Below are positions 28,275-36,296 of a DNA stretch of 64,000 nt, in pieces. How positions within the stretch are numbered: position 1 is the first letter of the stretch; each line of letters begins with the position of its first letter. The notes under the pieces are model-generated. The model saw only the letters and a program-made list of their open reading frames with translations, did not search any database and was not told the DNA's origin. The DNA is from Armatimonadota bacterium (GTDB lineage Bacteria > Armatimonadota > SYMT01): the NCBI GenBank assembly GCA_041690135.1, contig JAWLHY010000008.1:224001-288000 (forward strand), read 5' to 3'. Both the position numbers and the translations under genes were made by a program.

Positions 28275-29270
28275 ATGGTCGAGACTACCGGAATTTACGC
28301 TAAGGCGCGACGCGCGGGCTGGGTGCTTTCCACCGTGGCCGTACTCCCCCTCGCGTTGGTAGGCTGCCAGCCGCGCCAGCCTGTTGCTCCACAAGCCAAC
28401 GCTCCGCAGGAGCGAGTGGCAGGCGAACGCCAGGAGCAGATCGATACGGAAACACTACGGGTCGTGCAGCAGGCCGGTCTGCCAGAGACGTTTGCCTTTG
28501 GTGGACGGACGTGGCGAGCAAACCAGGTGCACTGGATCGAGGATGAGCCCGGGGAAGCCGCGGATATCGGAGGGGCAGCGGAACAGCCGGGAACGGGTCC
28601 GCTCGGGATTGGCACCTACCGGCCGGTAGGCAACCTCATGGTGAACAATCACCAGGTCTACCGTCAGAGCGGCACGGACGAAGCGGTGACCGATAACATC
28701 TTCCTACGTGCCGAAAACGCAACTCCCCCAGCCGGACAGCAGGTGACGACTCCCGAGGCGGGCAATGCTCCCGCAGCGGGTGAGACTCCTACCACTGGCG
28801 AGGCAGGCGAGACAGGCCAGACCGGGGAGACCGGGGAGACCGCCGCAACCCAGCGCGTTGCCTTCGTTGAATACGATGCGGGCGAGAACCTGGTGGAGAA
28901 CATGGAACTGCCCAACATCTTGCAGGCGACGGGCCTTCCGGAAACGGTGCAGTATGGTGGGAAGACCTGGCGGGCTCAGGAGATCCAGGTCTATGACGCC
29001 GATGTCTTCGACGAAGCCAAGCAGGCGCCGCAGCCGATCGGCGGTCAGTCTGCCTTCATCGGCGAGGACCAGGAGATGCTCCTACTCCAGGCGGAGTTGG
29101 ACCCGAGCCAGATGACCGGGGCCACCGGCACCGGCACGCCTGGCACCACCGAAGAAAGCCCGGCAGCCGAAGGGAATGCTCCGGCGGCCGAAGGGAACGC
29201 TCCGGGAACCACGGGTACCGAATCGCAAATGCTCGCGGGCCCCATCTTTGTCCGCTATCAAGCCGAGTAG
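28275..29270 (+). CDS. Hypothetical acidic lipoprotein with an internally duplicated domain
   Basis: GGAGGG RBS before ATG 28275; lipobox LVG-C; GLPETFAFGGRTWRA and GLPETVQYGGKTWRA. Confidence 0.8.
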   Translation: MVETTGIYAKARRAGWVLSTVAVLPLALVGCQPRQPVAPQANAPQERVAGERQEQIDTETLRVVQQAGLPETFAFGGRTWRANQVHWIEDEPGEAADIGGAAEQPGTGPLGIGTYRPVGNLMVNNHQVYRQSGTDEAVTDNIFLRAENATPPAGQQVTTPEAGNAPAAGETPTTGEAGETGQTGETGETAATQRVAFVEYDAGENLVENMELPNILQATGLPETVQYGGKTWRAQEIQVYDADVFDEAKQAPQPIGGQSAFIGEDQEMLLLQAELDPSQMTGATGTGTPGTTEESPAAEGNAPAAEGNAPGTTGTESQMLAGPIFVRYQAE

Positions 29271-29386
29271 CTGGGGTTTACTCGAACCGCGAACGAGCGG
29301 GTACGGAGGCTCGGCCGGTGGGCCGGGCCTCCTGCCCTGGTGTGGCAAGAGGAGGAATATTCGAGCCGGGTGCCTGAGAAACCGGT

Positions 29387-30610
29387 ATGAACACCGCACT
29401 GCGCTGTCGCCGGTTTCTTTATGTCACCCATGCGGGCATCGTCCTACTCTGCTTCTCCGGTTCCGGCGCCGGGACAGCGGATCCGGGCGAACCTCAATCT
29501 CCCGCTCGGGTGAACGAGCGGCGGGCTTCCACCCAAGACCCGCACTACCAGCGGACGCTCGCGCTCTATCGGAGCGAACTGTCGGCGGAAGCGGTGACCC
29601 GGTTTATCGAGAGCGATCCCACTCCTGTTCTTCACCTGCGCCAGAGTCGAGAGCTACGCAACCTGGTGCGGGTCTTCGCCTCGCTTCCCGACAAATACCA
29701 CGAAGAACTCCGGCAAAAGGGGCACTTGAAGTGGGCGTTGAAAGCGCTTCCGCGCCAGCAACGACGTTGGGTCTCGGACCTCCTGGAGAGGTTCGAAGCC
29801 GAAGGCGAGGGCCCTTTCCGTTCCGAGGTTCACACGGGTTTCGTGAAGGTGACCGTCCCGGATCCGGAGGGGGGTGAGACAATCGTCTACAGTTGGTGGG
29901 CCTCCGGCGAGAAAGCCATCCGACCCCTCTGGATTCCCCTGGTGCGCGCGGGTGAGTTAGGTGGTGCTGCGTTTGCTCGGGCGCATCAGGAGCGTCTGAG
30001 CACCCTTCGCGAAGCCGAACTGGATGGTGCAGTACCGGAGCGCCTGTGGCTCAACGTGCCGGAGCCCGCTCGCCTGGACTCAGCGGTGGTGGCAGAAGAG
30101 AAGGCGCAATCGGTCCTGGAACAGGAGTTCTGGACTCTGGTAAATGCCTACCAGGGACGCCTGAAGCGGGAACAACTCCAGAAGTTGGTAACGGGCGATG
30201 CGGTGCTCGAGCGCCGCTTGCGAAAGCCGGACTCCGTCGACCGGGCTATCAATCAGTTTTTTAGCGGCCTCGACAAGAAGGTGCATACGGCCCTGGTCGA
30301 GACCGGCCGGGTTCAGTGGCCGGCGCAAGACCTGACGTCCGCACAGAAGCGACTCCTGGGGCCCGTGGTCGACGACCTGAACCGTCAGGCGGCGGGGACC
30401 GGCGATACCCCGCCGTACAACCTGTCGCTACCGTTTGGTTGCGTGGTGGGACTGACGCTGGTACAGGTGCCCGGCGTAGAAAAGCCGGTTCTGAGCTGGT
30501 GGATCCGCTCGCCTTTCGCCCCGGTGCCGGCGTGGTTCAGTCTCAATAACGCCGCGGCGGTCCAGGCGACGGGTTATTACCAGGCACACCTGGTTCAGTT
30601 GTCCCAATGA
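29387..30610 (+). CDS. Hypothetical protein with two homologous halves
   Basis: Long ORF with possible signal peptide; both halves end in SWW...P.W..L...AH..RL/QL. Confidence 0.7.
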   Translation: MNTALRCRRFLYVTHAGIVLLCFSGSGAGTADPGEPQSPARVNERRASTQDPHYQRTLALYRSELSAEAVTRFIESDPTPVLHLRQSRELRNLVRVFASLPDKYHEELRQKGHLKWALKALPRQQRRWVSDLLERFEAEGEGPFRSEVHTGFVKVTVPDPEGGETIVYSWWASGEKAIRPLWIPLVRAGELGGAAFARAHQERLSTLREAELDGAVPERLWLNVPEPARLDSAVVAEEKAQSVLEQEFWTLVNAYQGRLKREQLQKLVTGDAVLERRLRKPDSVDRAINQFFSGLDKKVHTALVETGRVQWPAQDLTSAQKRLLGPVVDDLNRQAAGTGDTPPYNLSLPFGCVVGLTLVQVPGVEKPVLSWWIRSPFAPVPAWFSLNNAAAVQATGYYQAHLVQLSQ

Positions 30611-30665
30611 ACGGGTGCTGGCGCTCGCACGTTCGGCGTTCGGCCTGGATAACTTCCCCCACTCC

Positions 30666-32075
30666 TTAGCTGGAGGTGGCGTCTCCGGGGCCCGCAATCT
30701 GGCGCCGGAGGTCGCGTACGGCCGTTTCGAGCGCCGGATCGTTCTTCATCTCCTTCTCCAGCTTTTCACAGGCATAGAGCACCGTGGAGTGCGCCTTGCC
30801 GCCAAACGCTTCTCCAATCTCCATCAAAGATTTTCGTGTCAGTTCCCGCATCAGGTACATGGCGACCTGGCGCGCCAGGCAGGTGACGCGATCCCGGCGG
30901 GTACTGGTCAATACCTCGGCGCTGATCTTGAAGTAATCGCAAACGGCTTTCTGGATCGCCAGTAGGCTGATCGCCGTCAGCCGCCCATCCTGCACGAAGG
31001 CTCCTATGGCACGACCCGCGAGGTCTGGGGTCATCGCGCAATCACTGAGCGATGCCAGGGCCAACATCCGGATCAAGGCGGCCTCGAGCACGCGCACGTT
31101 CTGCGTCACCGAACGCGCGATCTGATAGAGCACATCCGGAGGTACCTGCGCGCCCTCCAGCTCTGCCCGCTTTTCCAGGATGGCAACCCGGGTCTCCAGT
31201 TCCGGCGGGCCGATTTCCACCATGAGACCCGATTCCAGGCGGGTCCGCAGGCGGTCTTCCATCAGCCGGAGCTCGCGCGGCGGACGATCGGAGGCCAGCA
31301 CGATCTGCCGGTTCGTCAGATAGAGCTCGTTGAAGGTGTGGAAGAACTCTTCCTTGGTGCTGGTCTTGTCGGCGATGAACTGGATATCATCCACCAGCCA
31401 GATGTCGATGCTCCGGTAAGCCCGGCGGAATTCCTCTTCGCGGTGCTCGCGGAGGCTGGTGATGAAGTGCGAGGTGAATGTCTCGCCAGAGACATAGGCG
31501 ACTCGGATATTTGGGTCACGCTGACGGATAGCGTGCCCGATCGCCTGCAACAGGTGGGTCTTCCCGAGGCCCACGCCGCCGTAGATGAAGAGGGGATTGT
31601 ACTCGCGGCCGGGCTGGTCACCCACGGCGGAAGCCGCGGCGTAAGCGAAGCGATTGGACTGCCCGACAACGAAGTTATCGAACGTGTACTTCTCGTTGAG
31701 GGGAATCGGCGCAAAGAGGGCAGACGGTGCCGGCCGGGCTGGAGGGGCCGGCTTACCGGAGGGTCGCTCGGTGCGCGGCGGCCGCGCAGCAGCCCCACGC
31801 CGCGTTTCCACTACCACCCGGACCGGCTCTCCGCGCACTTCGGCGATCGCCTCGGCCAGGGTTCGCGAGTATTTCTTTTCGATCCACGTGCGCGCCGTTG
31901 CGTTCGGTGCGGCCACCGTGAGCGTGCCGTCTTTGACCGAAGTGGCCACCGCATCCCGCAGCCAGCTCTCCACCGCTTCCCGACCGATGCGGGTTTGGCA
32001 GCGCTCCAGGACCTGCTCCCAGAGATCCGCCAATCCACTCTCATCATCGATATTCAGGCGAAGCTGGTCTGCCAT
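30666..32075 (-). CDS. dnaA: DnaA-family replication initiator homologue (possible second paralogue)
   Basis: YTFDNFVVGQSN, YNPLFIYGGVGLGKTHLL, DDIQF, EEFFHTFN, SDRPP, domain IV RQVAMYL. No dnaN or rpmH adjacent. Confidence 0.92.
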   Translation of the reverse strand: MADQLRLNIDDESGLADLWEQVLERCQTRIGREAVESWLRDAVATSVKDGTLTVAAPNATARTWIEKKYSRTLAEAIAEVRGEPVRVVVETRRGAAARPPRTERPSGKPAPPARPAPSALFAPIPLNEKYTFDNFVVGQSNRFAYAAASAVGDQPGREYNPLFIYGGVGLGKTHLLQAIGHAIRQRDPNIRVAYVSGETFTSHFITSLREHREEEFRRAYRSIDIWLVDDIQFIADKTSTKEEFFHTFNELYLTNRQIVLASDRPPRELRLMEDRLRTRLESGLMVEIGPPELETRVAILEKRAELEGAQVPPDVLYQIARSVTQNVRVLEAALIRMLALASLSDCAMTPDLAGRAIGAFVQDGRLTAISLLAIQKAVCDYFKISAEVLTSTRRDRVTCLARQVAMYLMRELTRKSLMEIGEAFGGKAHSTVLYACEKLEKEMKNDPALETAVRDLRRQIAGPGDATSS

Positions 32076-32716
32076 GGATTGAAAACTTGATCTGTTAAAT
32101 CTAAAACAAAATACACTGAAGGCACGGAAATACCCGTACGTGGCAAGAAATGCATGCCCAACAGCGTTAGACGAGGTCTGGAGAGGACCAACGAGTCTTA
32201 GCGCGGACTACCCCGAACGAGGCTCGGGACAGTGCTTCGACACCCTTCCGGGCGAGGTGAGTGATCCGGCTGGAGAAGGACCGGCAGCCGGTCGCCGGTG
32301 GAAGGAGTATAACACCGCCGGGTCGCCTGCCGCAACGCGAATGCGTGTTCGCGCCGGATGGATGGGGGGAAGTCGAAGGATGATAGGCGCATGGAGAGAA
32401 GCCCAATCGGCACAAGGGACAGGTGACTGGCTGGTGATGGGACACCCTAAATATCACTCTTTTCTGCCCCCATTACCTGCCGAATCCGCCTCCGAACGGC
32501 GTGGCAATTGGTGTACAAATTGCTCGCCGGAGGCGGGTGATGGTCCCGAGCGTGGCCCTGAGGGTCCAGGCACGGAGGGAACGATGGGCAACTAAGCCTC
32601 ACCGGAAATCAGCCCTGACGGGAACGCTCCAAAGGAGATGCGCCGGCTCCGCGCGAACAATAGGCGGGCTGACTGGCAAAAGGCGCGGCCCTGGAATCGC
32701 CGCAAGAAAGGCATGC

Positions 32717-33754
32717 ATGGAACTGCTGCGTGAGCTTTGTGAGGCCACCGGAATCCCCGGGCGCGAAGAGCGTCTCCGTGCCATCGTCCGCCGCGAGCTC
32801 GAACCGCTGGTGGATGAAGTACGAGTGGATGCGCTCGGAAACCTGATTGCGGTGCGCCGCGGCACGACGGATAAGAAGCTGGCCATTAACGCGCATCTCG
32901 ATGAAATCGGCTTTCTGGTCACGCACATCGAGGATGCGGGCTTTCTGCGCATCACACCCGTAGGGGGACACGATCCCCGCAATATGGTCGCGCAACGCGT
33001 CCTCGTAGCGGGCCACGAGGACCTGCCCGGGGTGCTTTATCCCGGCACGAAGCCCCCGCATCTCCAGGATCCGGCCGAGCGGGAGAAGGCCCCCCGGATC
33101 AGCGATTTCTTCGTCGATGTGGGGTTGCCGGTGGAGCGCGTGCGGCAGCTCGTACCCGTCGGCTCCATGGTCGTGATCACCCGCGAGTTCGCGGAGATAG
33201 GCGATACGGTGAGTTGCAAAGCGCTCGACAACCGCCTCTCCTGCTACATCATGATCGAAGCGCTGCGCCGGACGCGCACTGTGGGGTTTGAACTCCACGC
33301 CGTGGCTACGGCCCAGGAAGAGGTCGGCGTACGCGGGGCCTATACCTCCACGTTCGCCATTGACCCCGATGTGGGGATCGCCCTGGACATCACGATTGCG
33401 GCGGACATCCCCGGCGTTCCCCGTCCGGAGTGCGTGACTCAGTTGGGTCAGGGCACGGCGATCAAGATCATGGATTCCTTCAGCATCTCAAACGTGAAGC
33501 TGGTGGATCGGTTGAAGGAGCTCGCCGTGGCGCGCGAGATCCCGCATCAGCTCGAGATCCTACCGCGGGGTGGTACGGACGCCGGCGGCCTGCAACGCTC
33601 CCGGTGTGGGGTGCCCGTGTGTACCCTCTCTACTCCCACGCGTTATGTCCACACGTCCATCGAGATGGCTCACAAGAGCGACATCGAGGCCAGTATCGCC
33701 CTGATGACGGCGTTCATTGAAGAGGGCCACGATCGGAGCTACCTGCCGGAATGA
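32717..33754 (+). CDS. M42 family aminopeptidase
   Basis: AHLDEIG, KALDNR, QEEVGVRGA, ALD, GGTD, RYVH; start ATG 32717. Confidence 0.93.
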   Translation: MELLRELCEATGIPGREERLRAIVRRELEPLVDEVRVDALGNLIAVRRGTTDKKLAINAHLDEIGFLVTHIEDAGFLRITPVGGHDPRNMVAQRVLVAGHEDLPGVLYPGTKPPHLQDPAEREKAPRISDFFVDVGLPVERVRQLVPVGSMVVITREFAEIGDTVSCKALDNRLSCYIMIEALRRTRTVGFELHAVATAQEEVGVRGAYTSTFAIDPDVGIALDITIAADIPGVPRPECVTQLGQGTAIKIMDSFSISNVKLVDRLKELAVAREIPHQLEILPRGGTDAGGLQRSRCGVPVCTLSTPTRYVHTSIEMAHKSDIEASIALMTAFIEEGHDRSYLPE

Positions 33755-34905
33755 AAATCACCCAGATCAATACCCATATCGTAGGCAACCCCTGGAAGAA
33801 CTGGGGGTTTGTGACCGTGGAGACGGACGAAGGCATCGTCGGGGTCGGAGAGGGTACCGTCAATTGCTTCGGTCGCACGACGGCGGAAGCAATTCAGGAG
33901 TTGGCGCCCCACGTGCTGGGGATGGACCCATTCCAGACGGAGATGATCTCCCAAAAACTGATCCGGGATATCTACTCGGAGGGGGGCCAGATCCACCGCA
34001 GCGCCGCCTGCGCCATTGAAGTCGCTTGCTGGGACATCATGGGCAAGGCGCTCAATCAGCCGATCTACAACTTCTTGGGCGGTCGTTGCCATGAAAAGGT
34101 CCGTGCCTACGCCAACGGCTGGTACCGGGGTGAGCGGACGCCGGAAATGTTCCACGAGCGTGCCCGAGAAGTGGTCGCGCGGGGTTATACCGCCCTCAAG
34201 TTCGATCCCTTCGGCGCGGAGTGGCGGATCATGGATCCTTACGAAGAAGACCTGTCCATCGACATCATCGCCGCCGTGCGAGATGCGGTCGGCCCGAAAG
34301 TCGACATCCTGGTGGAGGGTCACAGCCGTTTCAGCCCGGCCATCGCCATCAAGCTCGCGGAGCGAATGGCCCCGTACCGGCCGTCGTGGTTCGAAGAACC
34401 CGTACACCACCTGCACATCGGGGCCCTGGTGGAAGTGGCGCGCCGCAGCCCCGTACCCATTGCCACGGGAGAAAGCCTTACCAGCCCCCATCAGTTCGCC
34501 GAACTCCTGGCCTATAACGCCGTGGGCATCCTCCAGCCGGAAATCCACCACCTGGGCGGGCTACTCCCCGCGAAGAAAGTGTGCGGCATGGTGGATGCAT
34601 TCTACGGGGTGGTGGCGCCCCACAACGCGCAGGGGCCGGTGTCCACCGCCATGTGCATCCAACTCGCCGCCTGCACCCCCAATTTCTACGTGCAGGAGAT
34701 CTTCGACGAGTTCAACGTGGAATGGGAGCGCGATCTCGTCGACCATTCCACGGAGGTCGTGGACGGTTATGTCGAGATTCCGGACCGGCCGGGTCTGGGC
34801 CTGGAGCTTAACCTGGAAGAGTGCGCCCGGCATCCCTATGAACCTGCGTTCTTCCTGCCCCTGTTCAAGCGGGGGTGGGAACGACGAGAGGGGACGGACA
34901 GGTAA
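33751..34905 (+). CDS. Mandelate racemase/enolase superfamily dehydratase (galactonate dehydratase-like)
   Basis: ETDEGIVGVGE, WDIMGK, LKFDP, WFEEP, IATGE, APHN, PGLG; ATGA overlap with the M42 gene. Confidence 0.9.
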   Translation: MKITQINTHIVGNPWKNWGFVTVETDEGIVGVGEGTVNCFGRTTAEAIQELAPHVLGMDPFQTEMISQKLIRDIYSEGGQIHRSAACAIEVACWDIMGKALNQPIYNFLGGRCHEKVRAYANGWYRGERTPEMFHERAREVVARGYTALKFDPFGAEWRIMDPYEEDLSIDIIAAVRDAVGPKVDILVEGHSRFSPAIAIKLAERMAPYRPSWFEEPVHHLHIGALVEVARRSPVPIATGESLTSPHQFAELLAYNAVGILQPEIHHLGGLLPAKKVCGMVDAFYGVVAPHNAQGPVSTAMCIQLAACTPNFYVQEIFDEFNVEWERDLVDHSTEVVDGYVEIPDRPGLGLELNLEECARHPYEPAFFLPLFKRGWERREGTDR

Positions 34906-34910
34906 GGCGT

Positions 34911-34955
34911 AAAAGAACGCCGGATGGCAGCAGAGGGTGCTGCCATCCGGCGTTC
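34911..34955. terminator. Hairpin terminator between convergent genes
   Basis: GAACGCCGGATGGCAGCA-gaggg-TGCTGCCATCCGGCGTTC, preceded by AAAA. Confidence 0.75.
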
Positions 34956-35035
34956 GCGGCAGGACGGTTTTGGGAGGAAGAGAACGCGAACCTGCGCTGA
35001 CGATCGGGGGTGGGGGGTGACGATCGCTTTCGCGA

Positions 35036-35509
35036 CTAAATGGGCGGAGGTGAGGGCGGCTGGTTCGGATCACCCTTGAATGGGTCGACATTGATCCGGC
35101 CGACCGCCTTCTTGATAATTCCGGCGGAAGAGTCGACTTCCACGTAGAGGCGGGCCGTCGACTTGGCGGAACGAGTACTGCCAGGAACCTGCACGCTCCC
35201 TCCGTAAGTGTTCCGCAGCTTCCCGGTGAGCGTTGACTTGGTGCCGGGAATGGAGCTACCCGCCATTTCCACGTACGCGCGCACCGAGAAGATGGTAGCG
35301 CCGTTCTTGGCGGTCACCGCGACCCGGTTAATCTGGACGGTTCCGCCCGAGGCGGTAACCCGCTTGGGCGTGTAGGCAGCGGCGCCAATGACAACTTTTG
35401 GCGCCCTGGCCTTGCCCTTAGGGGCGGCCTGGGCCACCTGGTGCTGAACACCGAATGTGGTACATACGACCGCGACGCCCAAAGCGGCCGGCAAACAATA
35501 TTTGATCAT
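35036..35509 (-). CDS. Secreted basic beta-rich protein ending in PPSPPPI
   Basis: Signal peptide; paralogous to 35639-36067. Confidence 0.75.
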   Translation of the reverse strand: MIKYCLPAALGVAVVCTTFGVQHQVAQAAPKGKARAPKVVIGAAAYTPKRVTASGGTVQINRVAVTAKNGATIFSVRAYVEMAGSSIPGTKSTLTGKLRNTYGGSVQVPGSTRSAKSTARLYVEVDSSAGIIKKAVGRINVDPFKGDPNQPPSPPPI

Positions 35510-35638
35510 CTAGGCTGGTCTCCCGGAAGGAGCGGAGGTCCCGGACAGGCTGCGGGATAGTTCACTTTAAAGCGGGAAGAGTCATTCCCATCACTTGGAC
35601 GAAAGTTTCGCCCGGCCTGCCTCCCGCGATTCGCAGGC

Positions 35639-36067
35639 TCAACCCCGCGGCGGCGCGGGCGGGTAGAAATCGGTGCCCGGCAACATCTTTACACGGGCCA
35701 GGACGCGTTCCTCGGTGCCTTCATCCGTGGTGACAAAGACGGCGATCGTGCCGGTATTGGGCTGCGTGTTGGGATTCCGCGGCACGGATACCGACCCTTC
35801 CCAGAACTTGCCCTTCCGGGTCAAGTTGGCGTACGGCCCGGCACCGCCACCGGCTACACTACCCTGTGCGCGCACCTGGTAGATGGTGGATTTCTTCTTG
35901 GTCACCTGCAGCCGAAGGAATACGGGCCCACCCTGGCCGCTTAGCCGGACCGGGTTCATAGCCTTCCGCTTCACGACCAGTGGAATACGCTTCTTAGCCG
36001 CATCAACCGCGGTAGCGCCGCTTGCGAGAATAAGCCCTGCGAGGAGGGCCGCAGAATAGTTGGGCAT
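35639..36067 (-). CDS. Secreted basic beta-rich protein ending in PPAPPRG
   Basis: Signal peptide; paralogous to 35036-35509. Confidence 0.75.
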   Translation of the reverse strand: MPNYSAALLAGLILASGATAVDAAKKRIPLVVKRKAMNPVRLSGQGGPVFLRLQVTKKKSTIYQVRAQGSVAGGGAGPYANLTRKGKFWEGSVSVPRNPNTQPNTGTIAVFVTTDEGTEERVLARVKMLPGTDFYPPAPPRG

Positions 36068-36296
36068 GCTCTTTAACTCACTCGGGGACGAGGGTCTTAG
36101 CTTCGTTCGCCCCCGAAGCCCCCGACTCCTCCCTGTTTGCTAATTCGGACGGCGACAGGCAAAAAAGTTTGGACGACTTGGGGACAGGCGGGGTGTGGGC
36201 TCTCCCCAGTTGACGTGTACCGGAAACCGTTTTGTTCCCGGCGCGTAACCCACGGGCTTCGATCCACATCCAATCGGCATAAAGTAGACGCGAGGA

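Noticed and set aside
30611-32716. oriC next to dnaA
   Set aside because: No DnaA-box cluster seen, only a two-mismatch TTATCCAGG near 30650, and no dnaN.
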